64,000 nucleotides of DNA, taken from positions 134,530 through 198,529 of the forward strand of contig JAWLHJ010000006.1 in NCBI GenBank assembly GCA_041690395.1, read 5' to 3'. This stretch comes from Longimicrobiales bacterium. Its GTDB lineage: Bacteria; Gemmatimonadota; Gemmatimonadetes; Longimicrobiales; Gaopeijiaceae. A program made the translations under genes and the position numbers. Each line of letters opens with the position of its first letter. Position 1 is the first letter of the stretch. This document shows positions 48,136 to 57,176 of this stretch, piece by piece. The notes beneath the pieces were generated by a model. That model was not told where the DNA came from. It saw nothing but the letters and a program-made list of their open reading frames with translations, and made no database searches.

Positions 48136-51100
48136 CAGCGCTCCACCCTCCCCTGGGTCGTGAAGAAGAGCACCCGCTCCTTGACCGGGTCCCCCGTCAG
48201 CGAACCCCAGGCGTCGGCGTAGAGGTCCACCTGACGCCGATATCCGTCGACACGCTCCGCGAAGTGCGGGTCGGTGCCGACGTCCGTCTTGTAATCGACC
48301 ACCACCCAGCCGTCGGCCTCCTCGAAGACGAGGTCGATGACGCCTTCCAGGACCCGCGCCGGGCCCTCTCTCGGCGCGTCCGGGTCTTCTGCAGGCTCAT
48401 GGTCGCTGGGCGCGTCGAGCGCGGCCTCGTGCCGTGAGGCTCCGGCCGGGGCGGGCCCGTCGTCGCTGGCCGGCACGGTGCCGGGTTCCGGCGCCGACGC
48501 CCCGAACAGGTCGAGCTGCCGCGGCCCGTTGCGCCCGGACGGGGCCGGGCTGGGCCGACTTTCCCGTCGCGGCTCCACCCGGACACCGTCCCTGAGCGCC
48601 AGCGGGATCTCCGTGAACACCCGCGATGCCCGAACAGCGCGCGCCCAGACGTCCGACTCGCGCACCGCGTCGACGAGCTCGGTCAACTCCACGAGCTCGA
48701 GCGGATCTCCGTGATCGTCGACCGGTCGGCCGTGCTCCACGAGGAGGCTCCGGTAGGCGGCACGCAACGCGTCCGGGTCGTGCCCCTCCGAGGCCACGGC
48801 GAGCGCTCCGTGCACGACGCTCCCCCAGGAGAAGCCCCGGAAGCGGCTCGCCCGGGTGTCGTACCCGGAGGCCCGGGAGCCCGGGCGCGGTCGAGGGCCT
48901 CCACCGTCGCGCCCCGCCTGGTCGCTCACGGCACGGTCGCGCCCCATGTGGTCCGGTCCCGCTCCGTCGGCGCCCCCCTCCTTCGCGGCCGACGTCACCG
49001 ACACGAAAGAGTAGCGCTCCTCGCCCGCCCTTCGCAGTCGCTCGACGGCCCGGGCGGCCTCGTCGCGGGCCAGGTCCACGGAGGCGGCGTCCAGCTCCTT
49101 CGCGGGCGGCGCCTCCCTCCGCTCCAGGGCGACCACCTCGGCTGCCTTCTCCACCCACGGTCCGAGCGCCGACCATGGAGACTCGTGCGGCTTGTCCGCC
49201 CGCCGGGCGATCCACAGCTCTTCCCGCGCCCGGGTCACCGCTACATAGAGCAGCCGGGTGTTCTCAGCCGCCTCGAACGCCCGCTCGTCCGCTTCCCACC
49301 GGAACCAGTCGGCGGGGAGCGCCAGCGTGGCGCCGGGCTGCCCGCCGAATCCCGGCTCGTAGACCTTGAGGTATCCGAACGCCGATCCATCGGCGGTCCG
49401 ACGGACGTGCTGCCTGGGCGTCCGGTCCTGGTCACCGCTCGGGTCGGCCAGAACGACGACATCGGCCTCGAGCCCCTTGGCCTGGTGCAGGTTCATGACC
49501 CGCACCGCGTCCGGCTTGCCGGGCTCGAGGGGGGCTTCGGCGTCGGTCAGAGCGAGCGCGGCGTCGAGGGCGGCGAGCGCGCCCGGCAGAGCGGCCTCTC
49601 CCCCCAGGGTGGCCGCGCGCACCGTGTCCAGCATGAAGACCAGCGCCCCGGCCCGGAGCGACCCGAGGTCTCCCGCGGCGGCGAACGGCAGCAGCCCGAC
49701 CTCTCGGACGAGGCGTCCGACGAAGACGTCGGCGGCCTCGGCGTTCGACGCGCGCCACCACCGGTTCAGCCGTCGGAGCGCCTCCAGGACCTCCGGGTCT
49801 CCGTCCGCTCCCGGGCGCATCGCATCGAACACGCCGCCCGCGAGCCGATGCCGAAGGAGAAGCTCGTAGTCCAGGCCGAAGAAGAGGCCGACCAGCGCGG
49901 ACACCACCTTCACGGAGGTCGTCGGATCGATCATGCACTCGAGCACGGCCCGGAGCTCCCTCAGCTCCTGCTCCACGCCCACGCCGGCGCCGGTCACCTG
50001 CACCGGCAGCCCCCAGGCTTCGAGGGCCCGCGCGTAGGCTTCGATCGACATCCGCTGCCGGGTCAGGATCATGAACGATCCGGGCGGGCGCTCGCCCGCA
50101 TCGACTCGCTCCCTGATCCAGCACGCCAACCGCTCGGCGTCGTCGATGGCGATCGCCGAGCGATTGTAGGCGTCCGGCTGCACGTCGTAGACGAACACGC
50201 CCTCCGCGCCGGAGCCGGGGCGCTCGGGCAACGTGTTCAGCGGCTCGAACGCGGCCTGCTCGGGGGTCGCGCGCTCCGGGAAGAAGTCGTCGGCCGCGAA
50301 GAGCTCGTTCACCAGCGCGCCGATGGGCGGACGGGAACGGAAGTTCGTCGTGAGCTCCAACACGCCGCCGAAGTCGGCGAAGCGCTCCTTCACCAGCTGA
50401 TAGAGCTGGATGTCCGCTCGTCGGAACCGGTAGATGCTCTGCTTGGGGTCGCCGACCACGAAGAGCGCGCCGGGCCTCGGCGTGAGCCGGCGCCAGTCGG
50501 GCCCGTCGCCCCTCCCGTCCCCGCGGTCCGCGGCGGCCCCACCCTCCGCGTCGTCGTCGGAGGGCTCCGACGCGAGCAGCAACATGATCTCCGCCTGAAG
50601 CGGATCCGTGTCCTGGAACTCGTCGACCAGAAGGCGCCGGTAGCGGAGTCCGAGCTCGCGCCTGGCGTCCGGCCGCGTCCGGAGCAGCTCCGCCGACAGC
50701 ACCAGGAGATCCTGGAAGTCGAGCCGCCCCGACCTCCGTCGATACTCCCAGAACGCCTCGGCGGCCCGCCGAGCCAGGCGGATGACCAGGGCGTAGCGGT
50801 GCTCGTACCATGCCGCCAGGAGACGGGTCGCCTCGGTATCGCCCACCGAGAACTCGTCGACCTCGTCCACGTACGCCTTCGCCAGCCCGCGCTCCTTCCA
50901 GCGTTTCTGGACGATACGGTGCCCATTCGGCCCGTCCTTGCAGATCACCGCGAGCGCCTCGAAGAACGAGGGCGTGTCGCGCCATCCGGTGATCTCACGG
51001 GTGAACCGGAGGCTGCGCACCTTCTTCTGCAGGGAGTCCCAGTCCTTGTCCGGCACCGCTTCGGGCATGAGCTCCCAGCCCTTCGCCACCAGCGCTTCCA

Positions 51101-51764
51101 AGCGGGACTTCACCCGCGCGATGGCGGCACTGGACGGTGGCGCTACCTGCTCGGCGGGGAACGACACGTCCGGGTTCTCGACCAGGAAGCCGAAGAGGTC
51201 GAAGAGCGCGGACGCGCGGAGGCCTGCTCCGGCGAGCGCCTCGAGCGCCGGGTCCTCCTCTCGCACGAGCCGTTCGAGATAGCCCTCCCAGAACTGTCGG
51301 CGCAGCACGAGGCGCTCGTCTGCCGCGAGCTCCTCGAAGCCCGGATCGAGCCCGATGTCGAGTGGACGCTCCCGCAGGAGGCGGCCGCAGAAGGCGTGGA
51401 TCGTGCCGACGAACGCCTGGTCGACCTCACGGAGCGCCTGCAACAACCGCTCCAGCACTTCGGCGTCGGCGCCCTCCAGGTCTCCGCCCGGCTCGCCCTC
51501 GGGCGCCCGGACCCGCCGCTCGAGCTCGGCCTGGAACCGCTCCCGGAGCTCGGCCGCGGCCTTGCGCGTGAACGTCACGGCGGCGATCTCACCCACCTGA
51601 GCCGTCCCGCTGGCCAGGAGCGCCACCATCCGGTTCACCAGCTCCGTCGTCTTTCCGGAGCCCGCGCCCGCCTCCACGAGGAGGTTGGCGTCCAGCTCCT
51701 CGGAGATGCGACTTCGGGCCGGAGCGTCCGGAAACGTGGGCGGGGAGTACGCTAGCTCTGTCAC
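48132..51764 (-). CDS. addA: AddA-like UvrD helicase-nuclease
   Basis: AGAGSGKT, TFTRKAA, TIHAF, VDEFQDT, GDPKQSIYRFR, HQAKGLE, YVAVTRA; nuclease GVID..VVDYKT; start placed at GTG 51764. Confidence 0.92.
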   Translation of the reverse strand: MTELAYSPPTFPDAPARSRISEELDANLLVEAGAGSGKTTELVNRMVALLASGTAQVGEIAAVTFTRKAAAELRERFQAELERRVRAPEGEPGGDLEGADAEVLERLLQALREVDQAFVGTIHAFCGRLLRERPLDIGLDPGFEELAADERLVLRRQFWEGYLERLVREEDPALEALAGAGLRASALFDLFGFLVENPDVSFPAEQVAPPSSAAIARVKSRLEALVAKGWELMPEAVPDKDWDSLQKKVRSLRFTREITGWRDTPSFFEALAVICKDGPNGHRIVQKRWKERGLAKAYVDEVDEFSVGDTEATRLLAAWYEHRYALVIRLARRAAEAFWEYRRRSGRLDFQDLLVLSAELLRTRPDARRELGLRYRRLLVDEFQDTDPLQAEIMLLLASEPSDDDAEGGAAADRGDGRGDGPDWRRLTPRPGALFVVGDPKQSIYRFRRADIQLYQLVKERFADFGGVLELTTNFRSRPPIGALVNELFAADDFFPERATPEQAAFEPLNTLPERPGSGAEGVFVYDVQPDAYNRSAIAIDDAERLACWIRERVDAGERPPGSFMILTRQRMSIEAYARALEAWGLPVQVTGAGVGVEQELRELRAVLECMIDPTTSVKVVSALVGLFFGLDYELLLRHRLAGGVFDAMRPGADGDPEVLEALRRLNRWWRASNAEAADVFVGRLVREVGLLPFAAAGDLGSLRAGALVFMLDTVRAATLGGEAALPGALAALDAALALTDAEAPLEPGKPDAVRVMNLHQAKGLEADVVVLADPSGDQDRTPRQHVRRTADGSAFGYLKVYEPGFGGQPGATLALPADWFRWEADERAFEAAENTRLLYVAVTRAREELWIARRADKPHESPWSALGPWVEKAAEVVALERREAPPAKELDAASVDLARDEAARAVERLRRAGEERYSFVSVTSAAKEGGADGAGPDHMGRDRAVSDQAGRDGGGPRPRPGSRASGYDTRASRFRGFSWGSVVHGALAVASEGHDPDALRAAYRSLLVEHGRPVDDHGDPLELVELTELVDAVRESDVWARAVRASRVFTEIPLALRDGVRVEPRRESRPSPAPSGRNGPRQLDLFGASAPEPGTVPASDDGPAPAGASRHEAALDAPSDHEPAEDPDAPREGPARVLEGVIDLVFEEADGWVVVDYKTDVGTDPHFAERVDGYRRQVDLYADAWGSLTGDPVKERVLFFTTQGRVERW

Positions 51765-51809
51765 GCAGGCAATCTGGTCCGCGGTCCTCCGCGGGGGAAG
51801 GTTCGGTCC

Positions 51810-52949
51810 ATGGACAACCTCACGCACACGCTGGTCGGGGCGGCGGTGGCCCGTTCGGGTCCGGCGCGTGGCGTCCCGCTCGCGATGGGCACGCTCGTCG
51901 TGGCGGCGAACGCCCCGGACGTCGACGTGCTGTCGTTCGTGCACGGCCCTTACTTCGCGCTCGAGTTCAGGCGCGGCATCACCCATGGATGGCCGGCGCT
52001 GGTAGCCCTCACCGTCGCGGTGGCGGGCGGCGCCATGGCATGGGATCGGTGGGTCCGGGCACGGCGGGATCCCGAGTCGTCCCGCGCGCGCTGGGTCCCT
52101 CTGTCGCTGCTCGCCGGAATCGGGGTTCTGAGCCATCCCGTTCTCGACTGGATGAACAGCTACGGCATGCGATGGGGGATGCCCTTCAGCGACGCGTGGA
52201 GCTACGGAGACACGCTGTTCATCATCGATCCGTTGATCTGGCTCGCCCTCGGAGCCGCGGTCTACCTGTCCGGATCCCGTCAGCGGGCGGGCGTTCTGCT
52301 CTGGGGAGCGCTGGCGGCCGTGACCACGGCCCTGGTGCTCGTCGGCCCCGTGCCCTGGCCGACCCGTGTGCTCTGGTGCGTGGCCGTCGTCGCCACCGGC
52401 CTCGCCGGAGTCCGACGCGGACCCGGCGGCACCACGCCTGAAACACCTGCACGGACCACCCGTGGGCCGGTCTGGGCGCTCGCCGCCGTCACGCTGTACA
52501 TCGGAGCGGGCGTCGTCGCGGGTCGGGCCGCCGAGTCCCAGGTCCGCGCCGAAGCCGCGTCCCTCGGCCTCGAGGTCCGCGACGTCATGGTGACCGCGCT
52601 CCCCGGGGCTCCGGGCGCATCCGAGGTCGAGGTGCGCACCGCCGCCGGATACGTGCCGGGGAGCCACAGCTGGTGGGTACGTGACCGGGTAGCCCTCCAT
52701 CCGGACCGCCTGGTGCCGACCCGGTCGGTCGCGGGCTCTCCCGACGCCGAGCCTCCTGCCGGGGTCCTGGAAGCCGCCAGCCGCGACCCCGACGTCCGTA
52801 GCTACCTGGTCTGGGCGCGCTACCCGTTCTTCGTGGCGGAGCCACGGGGCGACGCGTGGCTCGTCCGGGTCGGTGACGCACGCTACGATGCACGGGGCGG
52901 CGGGAGCCTAAGCGGTGTGGAGACCCTCGTCGAGACGGAGGCGCCGTGA
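51810..52949 (+). CDS. Metal-dependent membrane hydrolase (YdjM-like)
   Basis: MDNLTHTL, NAPDVD, RRGITH, SHPVLDWMNSYG, IIDP; TM helices. Confidence 0.88.
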   Translation: MDNLTHTLVGAAVARSGPARGVPLAMGTLVVAANAPDVDVLSFVHGPYFALEFRRGITHGWPALVALTVAVAGGAMAWDRWVRARRDPESSRARWVPLSLLAGIGVLSHPVLDWMNSYGMRWGMPFSDAWSYGDTLFIIDPLIWLALGAAVYLSGSRQRAGVLLWGALAAVTTALVLVGPVPWPTRVLWCVAVVATGLAGVRRGPGGTTPETPARTTRGPVWALAAVTLYIGAGVVAGRAAESQVRAEAASLGLEVRDVMVTALPGAPGASEVEVRTAAGYVPGSHSWWVRDRVALHPDRLVPTRSVAGSPDAEPPAGVLEAASRDPDVRSYLVWARYPFFVAEPRGDAWLVRVGDARYDARGGGSLSGVETLVETEAP

Positions 52950-53899
52950 AAGTCCGTCCTCCCACACTGGCCGACGTCGAAGCGGCACGGATCCGCATCG
53001 CCGGGACCGCGCGTCACACCCCGCTCATCCCCTTCGGATTACCGGATGAGCCTGCGGACGTTCACGTGAAGCTGGAGTGCTTGCAGCCTACCGGCGCCTT
53101 CAAGATCCGTGGCGCCCTGAACGCCGTCGCGCTCGCCGGTCGCGACGCGATCGCCGCAGGCGTCTACACCGGAAGCGCCGGCAACATGGCGCAGGGCCTG
53201 GCGCATGCCGCGCGCGTCCAGGGCGTTCCCTGCCGCGTGATCGTTCCGGACAGTGCGCCCGCCACCAAGCTCCGTGCCATCGAGCGACTCGGAGCCGAGA
53301 TCCTCGCCGTGCCCTACGACGTCTGGTGGTCGGTGCTGGAGAACCACGGCTACCCCGGCGAAGCCGGCTATTTCATCCACCCGGTGGCCGACACCGGGGT
53401 CATCGCCGGGAACGGCACCGTCGGTCTCGAGCTCCTCGACGACCTTCCCGACGTGGCCGCGGTGGTCGTCCCCTTCGGCGGAGGCGGGCAGGCCTGCGGG
53501 ATCGCGACGGCGGTCAAGGCACTCCGTCCCGACGTGCGCGTGCTCGCCGCGGAGGTGGAGACCGCGGCGCCTCTGCGCGCGTCCCTCGAGCTGGGACGGC
53601 CGACGTCGATCGAGCGCCGTCCGTCGTTCGTGGACGGGATCGGGGGGTCGAGCGTGCTCGACTCGATGTGGCCGCTGGTCTCCACGCTGCTCGACGGCTC
53701 GATCGTGGTATCGCTCGCGCAGGTGCGCGCAGCGATCCGGATGCTGGCCCGTGACGTCCACGTGGTGGCGGAAGGCGCCGGGGCCGCCGCCCTCGCGGCG
53801 GCACTCACCGGAGAGGCCGGACCCGGGCCGGTCGTGGCGGTGATCTCGGGCGGCAACATCGACCCACCGGTCCTCGCTGAGATCCTCGGCGAGGAGTAG
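52946..53899 (+). CDS. Threonine/serine dehydratase-family PLP enzyme
   Basis: HTPL, KLECLQPTGAFKIRGA, SAGN, PFGGGG, EGAGA, SGGN; no ACT domain. Confidence 0.9.
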   Translation: MKVRPPTLADVEAARIRIAGTARHTPLIPFGLPDEPADVHVKLECLQPTGAFKIRGALNAVALAGRDAIAAGVYTGSAGNMAQGLAHAARVQGVPCRVIVPDSAPATKLRAIERLGAEILAVPYDVWWSVLENHGYPGEAGYFIHPVADTGVIAGNGTVGLELLDDLPDVAAVVVPFGGGGQACGIATAVKALRPDVRVLAAEVETAAPLRASLELGRPTSIERRPSFVDGIGGSSVLDSMWPLVSTLLDGSIVVSLAQVRAAIRMLARDVHVVAEGAGAAALAAALTGEAGPGPVVAVISGGNIDPPVLAEILGEE

Positions 53900-53902
53900 G
53901 CG

Positions 53903-56900
53903 CTACTCCTCGAACGAGCGTGCGGCCACGAGGTGCGAGAAGGTGGGGTCCACGCCGGTCCCGGCCCGCTCCTTCGACCACGCCGCCGGCGGTGAGGCCA
54001 CCTTGCCGAAGCGCAGCGGCCGCACGCGGCAGATCTCGGCGAAGTCGCAGAGCTTGCAGTCGTCGGGGTCGTCGGTGGGCACGAAACGGCCCGCGGCCAC
54101 GCCGTCGAGCATGTGCGCCAGCAGGGCCGGCGCGCCCGCCAGCTCCCGGCGCCGGAACGCATGGATCTCGTGCTCTCCCCTCAGGGTCGGGAAGTGGTAC
54201 TCGCCGGCCACGACCTGGGCGCCGAGCCTCGTCTCGACGGCGTGCGCGTAAAGGGCATGCTGGAGACGACGACCTCCGTTGAAGACGCCGCTCGTCCCGA
54301 AGTTCCGGGGCACTCCGGTCTTGTAGTCGACGACTCGGATCCCGTCCATCCCGGCGTCGTCGACACGATCCACCACACCCCGGTACCGCAGCCCGCCCCC
54401 CTCGAGCTCCAGAACCACGGGCGCGTCGTCGTCGAAGCCGAAGCCGAACTCGAGCCGTACCCAGGGCGCCCCGTGCTCGCGGACCATCCGGACGAACGAC
54501 GACACGTCGTCCCGGAGAGCCGCCAGCTCCCGCGCGAGCGTGCCCTCTCCGGGAACCGGGAGCTCGTCCATCATGTGCGTCGCAGCCTCGTCGAGACACT
54601 CGAACGCGAGGCGCTCGAAGTCCTCGTCTCCCACCCCGATGCCCTGCTCCTTGGCGCCACGGAGGAGGCGCTCGAAGACACGGTGGAGCAGAACCCCCCG
54701 CTCCCGGTGGCCGAGCCATCGGTCCGGGTCGCTCTCCGGGTCGTCGGGGGGATACAGCCCCAGCACCGTCCGTTGCAGGTACCGTAGGGGGCAGCTCCCG
54801 AGTCCCTCGAGTCGGCCGCTCGACAGCACGAGCTCCTCGTTCCGGCGGGGATCGAGGAGATCCGGTCTCGGCGTGAGTACGCCGTGGTCCGGCCCCGGCG
54901 GTCCCGAGCTCCGGCGCACGGCCGCGGCCACGCCGGCGCCCAGGTCGGGATACGCCTCGCACACGGAGTCCACGCCGGAAAGGAGCACCGGTCCGGCACC
55001 GAGCAGTCCCATCCACGCGTCGTCCTCGTCCAGACACGGACGCTTGGTGGCGGGTATGGCGCACACTACTGCGCCCAGCTCCTCGCGGAGCGCCTCGAAC
55101 GTCGAGGAGAGCGTTCCGCGCGACAGGCGGTAGGCCTGCAGCAGGAAGGGAGAGGGCCCCATGGCCCGGGCGTCGGCCGAGCTCCAAGCGGGATGACTGA
55201 GGGTCACCTCACCCCTCAGGCGGGCGAAGAGCGCCGACAGCCTGAAGGCCCGCTCGCGGAAGATCTCCCCGGAGGTCGGCAGGGCACGGCCGAGGATCCG
55301 ACGGTCCGAGTCCAGCAGGAGCGGGTCCTGACCCGCGTGTCCGGGAACCCGGTCGGCGTCCATACCCACGAAGAAGACGGCCTCGCGCCCCGTGTAGCCG
55401 CCGTGCTCGAAGTCCGTGAGGTGGAGGTGTCCGCCTTCCGAAGCCCACGGAGCCCCCTGCGCGTCGGCGGCGCCGTCGGCGTCCGGCACCTCGGCGCGAA
55501 CGCGGATCTCCAGGTGCTGCCGGAGAATGGCCAGGGCACCCCGGAAGTGGGTCCGGCGCCTGAGCGTGGACTCGACCCGCTCGAGGATCCGGAGCACCTC
55601 GTCACGCGCGGCTCGCTCGGGCCCCCGCCCGCGGGGGACCCTCCTCAAGAAGGCCCGGAGTCCCCTCGCCAGCTCGGCGGGCGAAACGGGGCGGCCGGGC
55701 TCGGTCGCCCGATCCGGGACCCTCGGCGTCTCCCGCAGCACCGGAAAGAGGATCGATCGCAGCGCGGCCAGCTCCTCTCGTATCCGCTTCCTCCGGCGCT
55801 CGAAGGTGTCCTCGGCCTCGTTGCGCCGGCGCTCGATACGGTCCACCGCCTCCAGCGAATCACGGATCCTCGAGCGGTAGCGCCGCCGCCCCCACCCGAT
55901 ACGGAGCCGCCGGAAGCGCCGGGCGAGCACGGCGGGGGGCACCGGTGCCTGCGACCGGGCGGGTCGGAGATCCCCCGCCTCCAACAGCCTCCGGATGGGC
56001 GCGGCCTGGAAGCCCTCGGCCACCCAGTCGAGGTATGCGTGGACGACCCGTCCGACGCGGGTGCGCTCGACCGGGAGCCCGACCCCGTACGTGACCGGGA
56101 TCCCGAGCGTGAGCGAGAGGGCATGTAGCGCCGAGCCGTACGCGGCGGCGTCCGACGTCACGATCTCGACCTGGTCCCACCTGAGCCCCCGTTCCACGAC
56201 ACGCCTCAGGACCTCACGTAGCTCGTCGGTCACCGAGGCGGCGTGGAAGAACGAAACCCGGGGGCGCTCGACCGTCTCGGGTATCTCCCCGGGAGCGTCG
56301 ACGAAGGCGTGCCCGCTCGCGGCTCCACCCCGGCTCCACAGCACCGTCCCGGGCACCTCGCGCCCGACCGGATGATCCGTTTCGAGGACCCGCGCCCCCT
56401 TGCTCGCCAGCGCTCCGATCAGCTTCCCGGCCAGGCCGCGCGCGCCCAGCCCCGGCTGGAGAAGCACCGCATCGGCATCGAGGAGCGCCAACGGATCGAG
56501 ACCGTTCTGGAGCTCCGACGCGGCGAGTTCCAGAACGCCGGCCGTGTCGAGGCGGGCGCGCTCGACCAGGATCCGCTCGTACCGGCGCAACACGGAGGCG
56601 ATCATCGCCCGCTTCTCCGTGTCGGCGAGGCGGGCTCGCTGCACGGCCGCCGCGTCGATTCCGGCCAGGCGGAGCGCGAGGACGGCCTCGTGCACACGCT
56701 CCCGGAAGCCGACGCTCTCGGAGAGCTCGGCCCAGACGCCGCGGGCGCCGAGGAGGGCGGCGTCGAGCGCGTCGTCCAGGAACGAGTGCTGCTCGAAGGG
56801 GTCGAGCGCTGTCACCCCGCGGCGCGCCATCGCGTCGCTCGCCACGCGAAGGGCCAGCGGGCGCGGCGTGGCGACCTCGAAGCCGACCCAGCCTCCTCGC

Positions 56901-57043
56901 TCCAGCGCCAGCCGGCGAAGGAGCTCGCGCCCGCCTCCCATGGTGGGCGTCACCAGCACCTTCCGGCCCACCGGGTGGCGCCTGGCCTCGCGCGCCAGCG
57001 AGGCTATGAGGTGGGACGAAGTGGCTGGATCGATCCGGGGCAT
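53903..57043 (-). CDS. addB: AddB-like PD-(D/E)XK nuclease with Fe-S cysteines
   Basis: Degenerate helicase-like N-terminus; SCPLRY, GVLLH, GVVDRVD, VVDYKTG, CKLCDFAEIC. Confidence 0.88.
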   Translation of the reverse strand: MPRIDPATSSHLIASLAREARRHPVGRKVLVTPTMGGGRELLRRLALERGGWVGFEVATPRPLALRVASDAMARRGVTALDPFEQHSFLDDALDAALLGARGVWAELSESVGFRERVHEAVLALRLAGIDAAAVQRARLADTEKRAMIASVLRRYERILVERARLDTAGVLELAASELQNGLDPLALLDADAVLLQPGLGARGLAGKLIGALASKGARVLETDHPVGREVPGTVLWSRGGAASGHAFVDAPGEIPETVERPRVSFFHAASVTDELREVLRRVVERGLRWDQVEIVTSDAAAYGSALHALSLTLGIPVTYGVGLPVERTRVGRVVHAYLDWVAEGFQAAPIRRLLEAGDLRPARSQAPVPPAVLARRFRRLRIGWGRRRYRSRIRDSLEAVDRIERRRNEAEDTFERRRKRIREELAALRSILFPVLRETPRVPDRATEPGRPVSPAELARGLRAFLRRVPRGRGPERAARDEVLRILERVESTLRRRTHFRGALAILRQHLEIRVRAEVPDADGAADAQGAPWASEGGHLHLTDFEHGGYTGREAVFFVGMDADRVPGHAGQDPLLLDSDRRILGRALPTSGEIFRERAFRLSALFARLRGEVTLSHPAWSSADARAMGPSPFLLQAYRLSRGTLSSTFEALREELGAVVCAIPATKRPCLDEDDAWMGLLGAGPVLLSGVDSVCEAYPDLGAGVAAAVRRSSGPPGPDHGVLTPRPDLLDPRRNEELVLSSGRLEGLGSCPLRYLQRTVLGLYPPDDPESDPDRWLGHRERGVLLHRVFERLLRGAKEQGIGVGDEDFERLAFECLDEAATHMMDELPVPGEGTLARELAALRDDVSSFVRMVREHGAPWVRLEFGFGFDDDAPVVLELEGGGLRYRGVVDRVDDAGMDGIRVVDYKTGVPRNFGTSGVFNGGRRLQHALYAHAVETRLGAQVVAGEYHFPTLRGEHEIHAFRRRELAGAPALLAHMLDGVAAGRFVPTDDPDDCKLCDFAEICRVRPLRFGKVASPPAAWSKERAGTGVDPTFSHLVAARSFEE

Positions 57044-57086
57044 GCGACTCGGGGAAGGCGGCGTGGTCTGGCGGGGCTCGACGGCA

Positions 57087-57122
57087 AGATAAAGGGGCCG
57101 ATGGCAATCGCCACCGACCCCT
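57087..57122 (-). terminator. Intrinsic terminator after glutamine synthetase
   Basis: Minus strand AGGGGTCGGTGGC-GATT-GCCATCGGCCCCT followed by TTATCTT. Confidence 0.6.
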
Positions 57123-57176
57123 CCACTACTGCCTGCCGCGACGGCCCGCGCTCAGCGCGCGGCCGTCGGCCGGACG

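Noticed and set aside
48711..51755. 1014-aa ORF antisense to addA (likewise 44315-46993, 29837-31999, 57300-59462, 3284-5071)
   Set aside because: Antisense mirrors of well-supported genes with no motifs; codon bias suppresses stops.
51765..52700. 312-aa N-terminal extension of addA in the ORF track
   Set aside because: Overlaps the YdjM-like gene on the other strand; helicase motif I follows shortly after GTG 51764.
53903..54850. Cas4-like Fe-S nuclease suggesting CRISPR-Cas
   Set aside because: It is the C-terminal domain of a 1046-aa AddB-like protein near addA; no cas genes or array.
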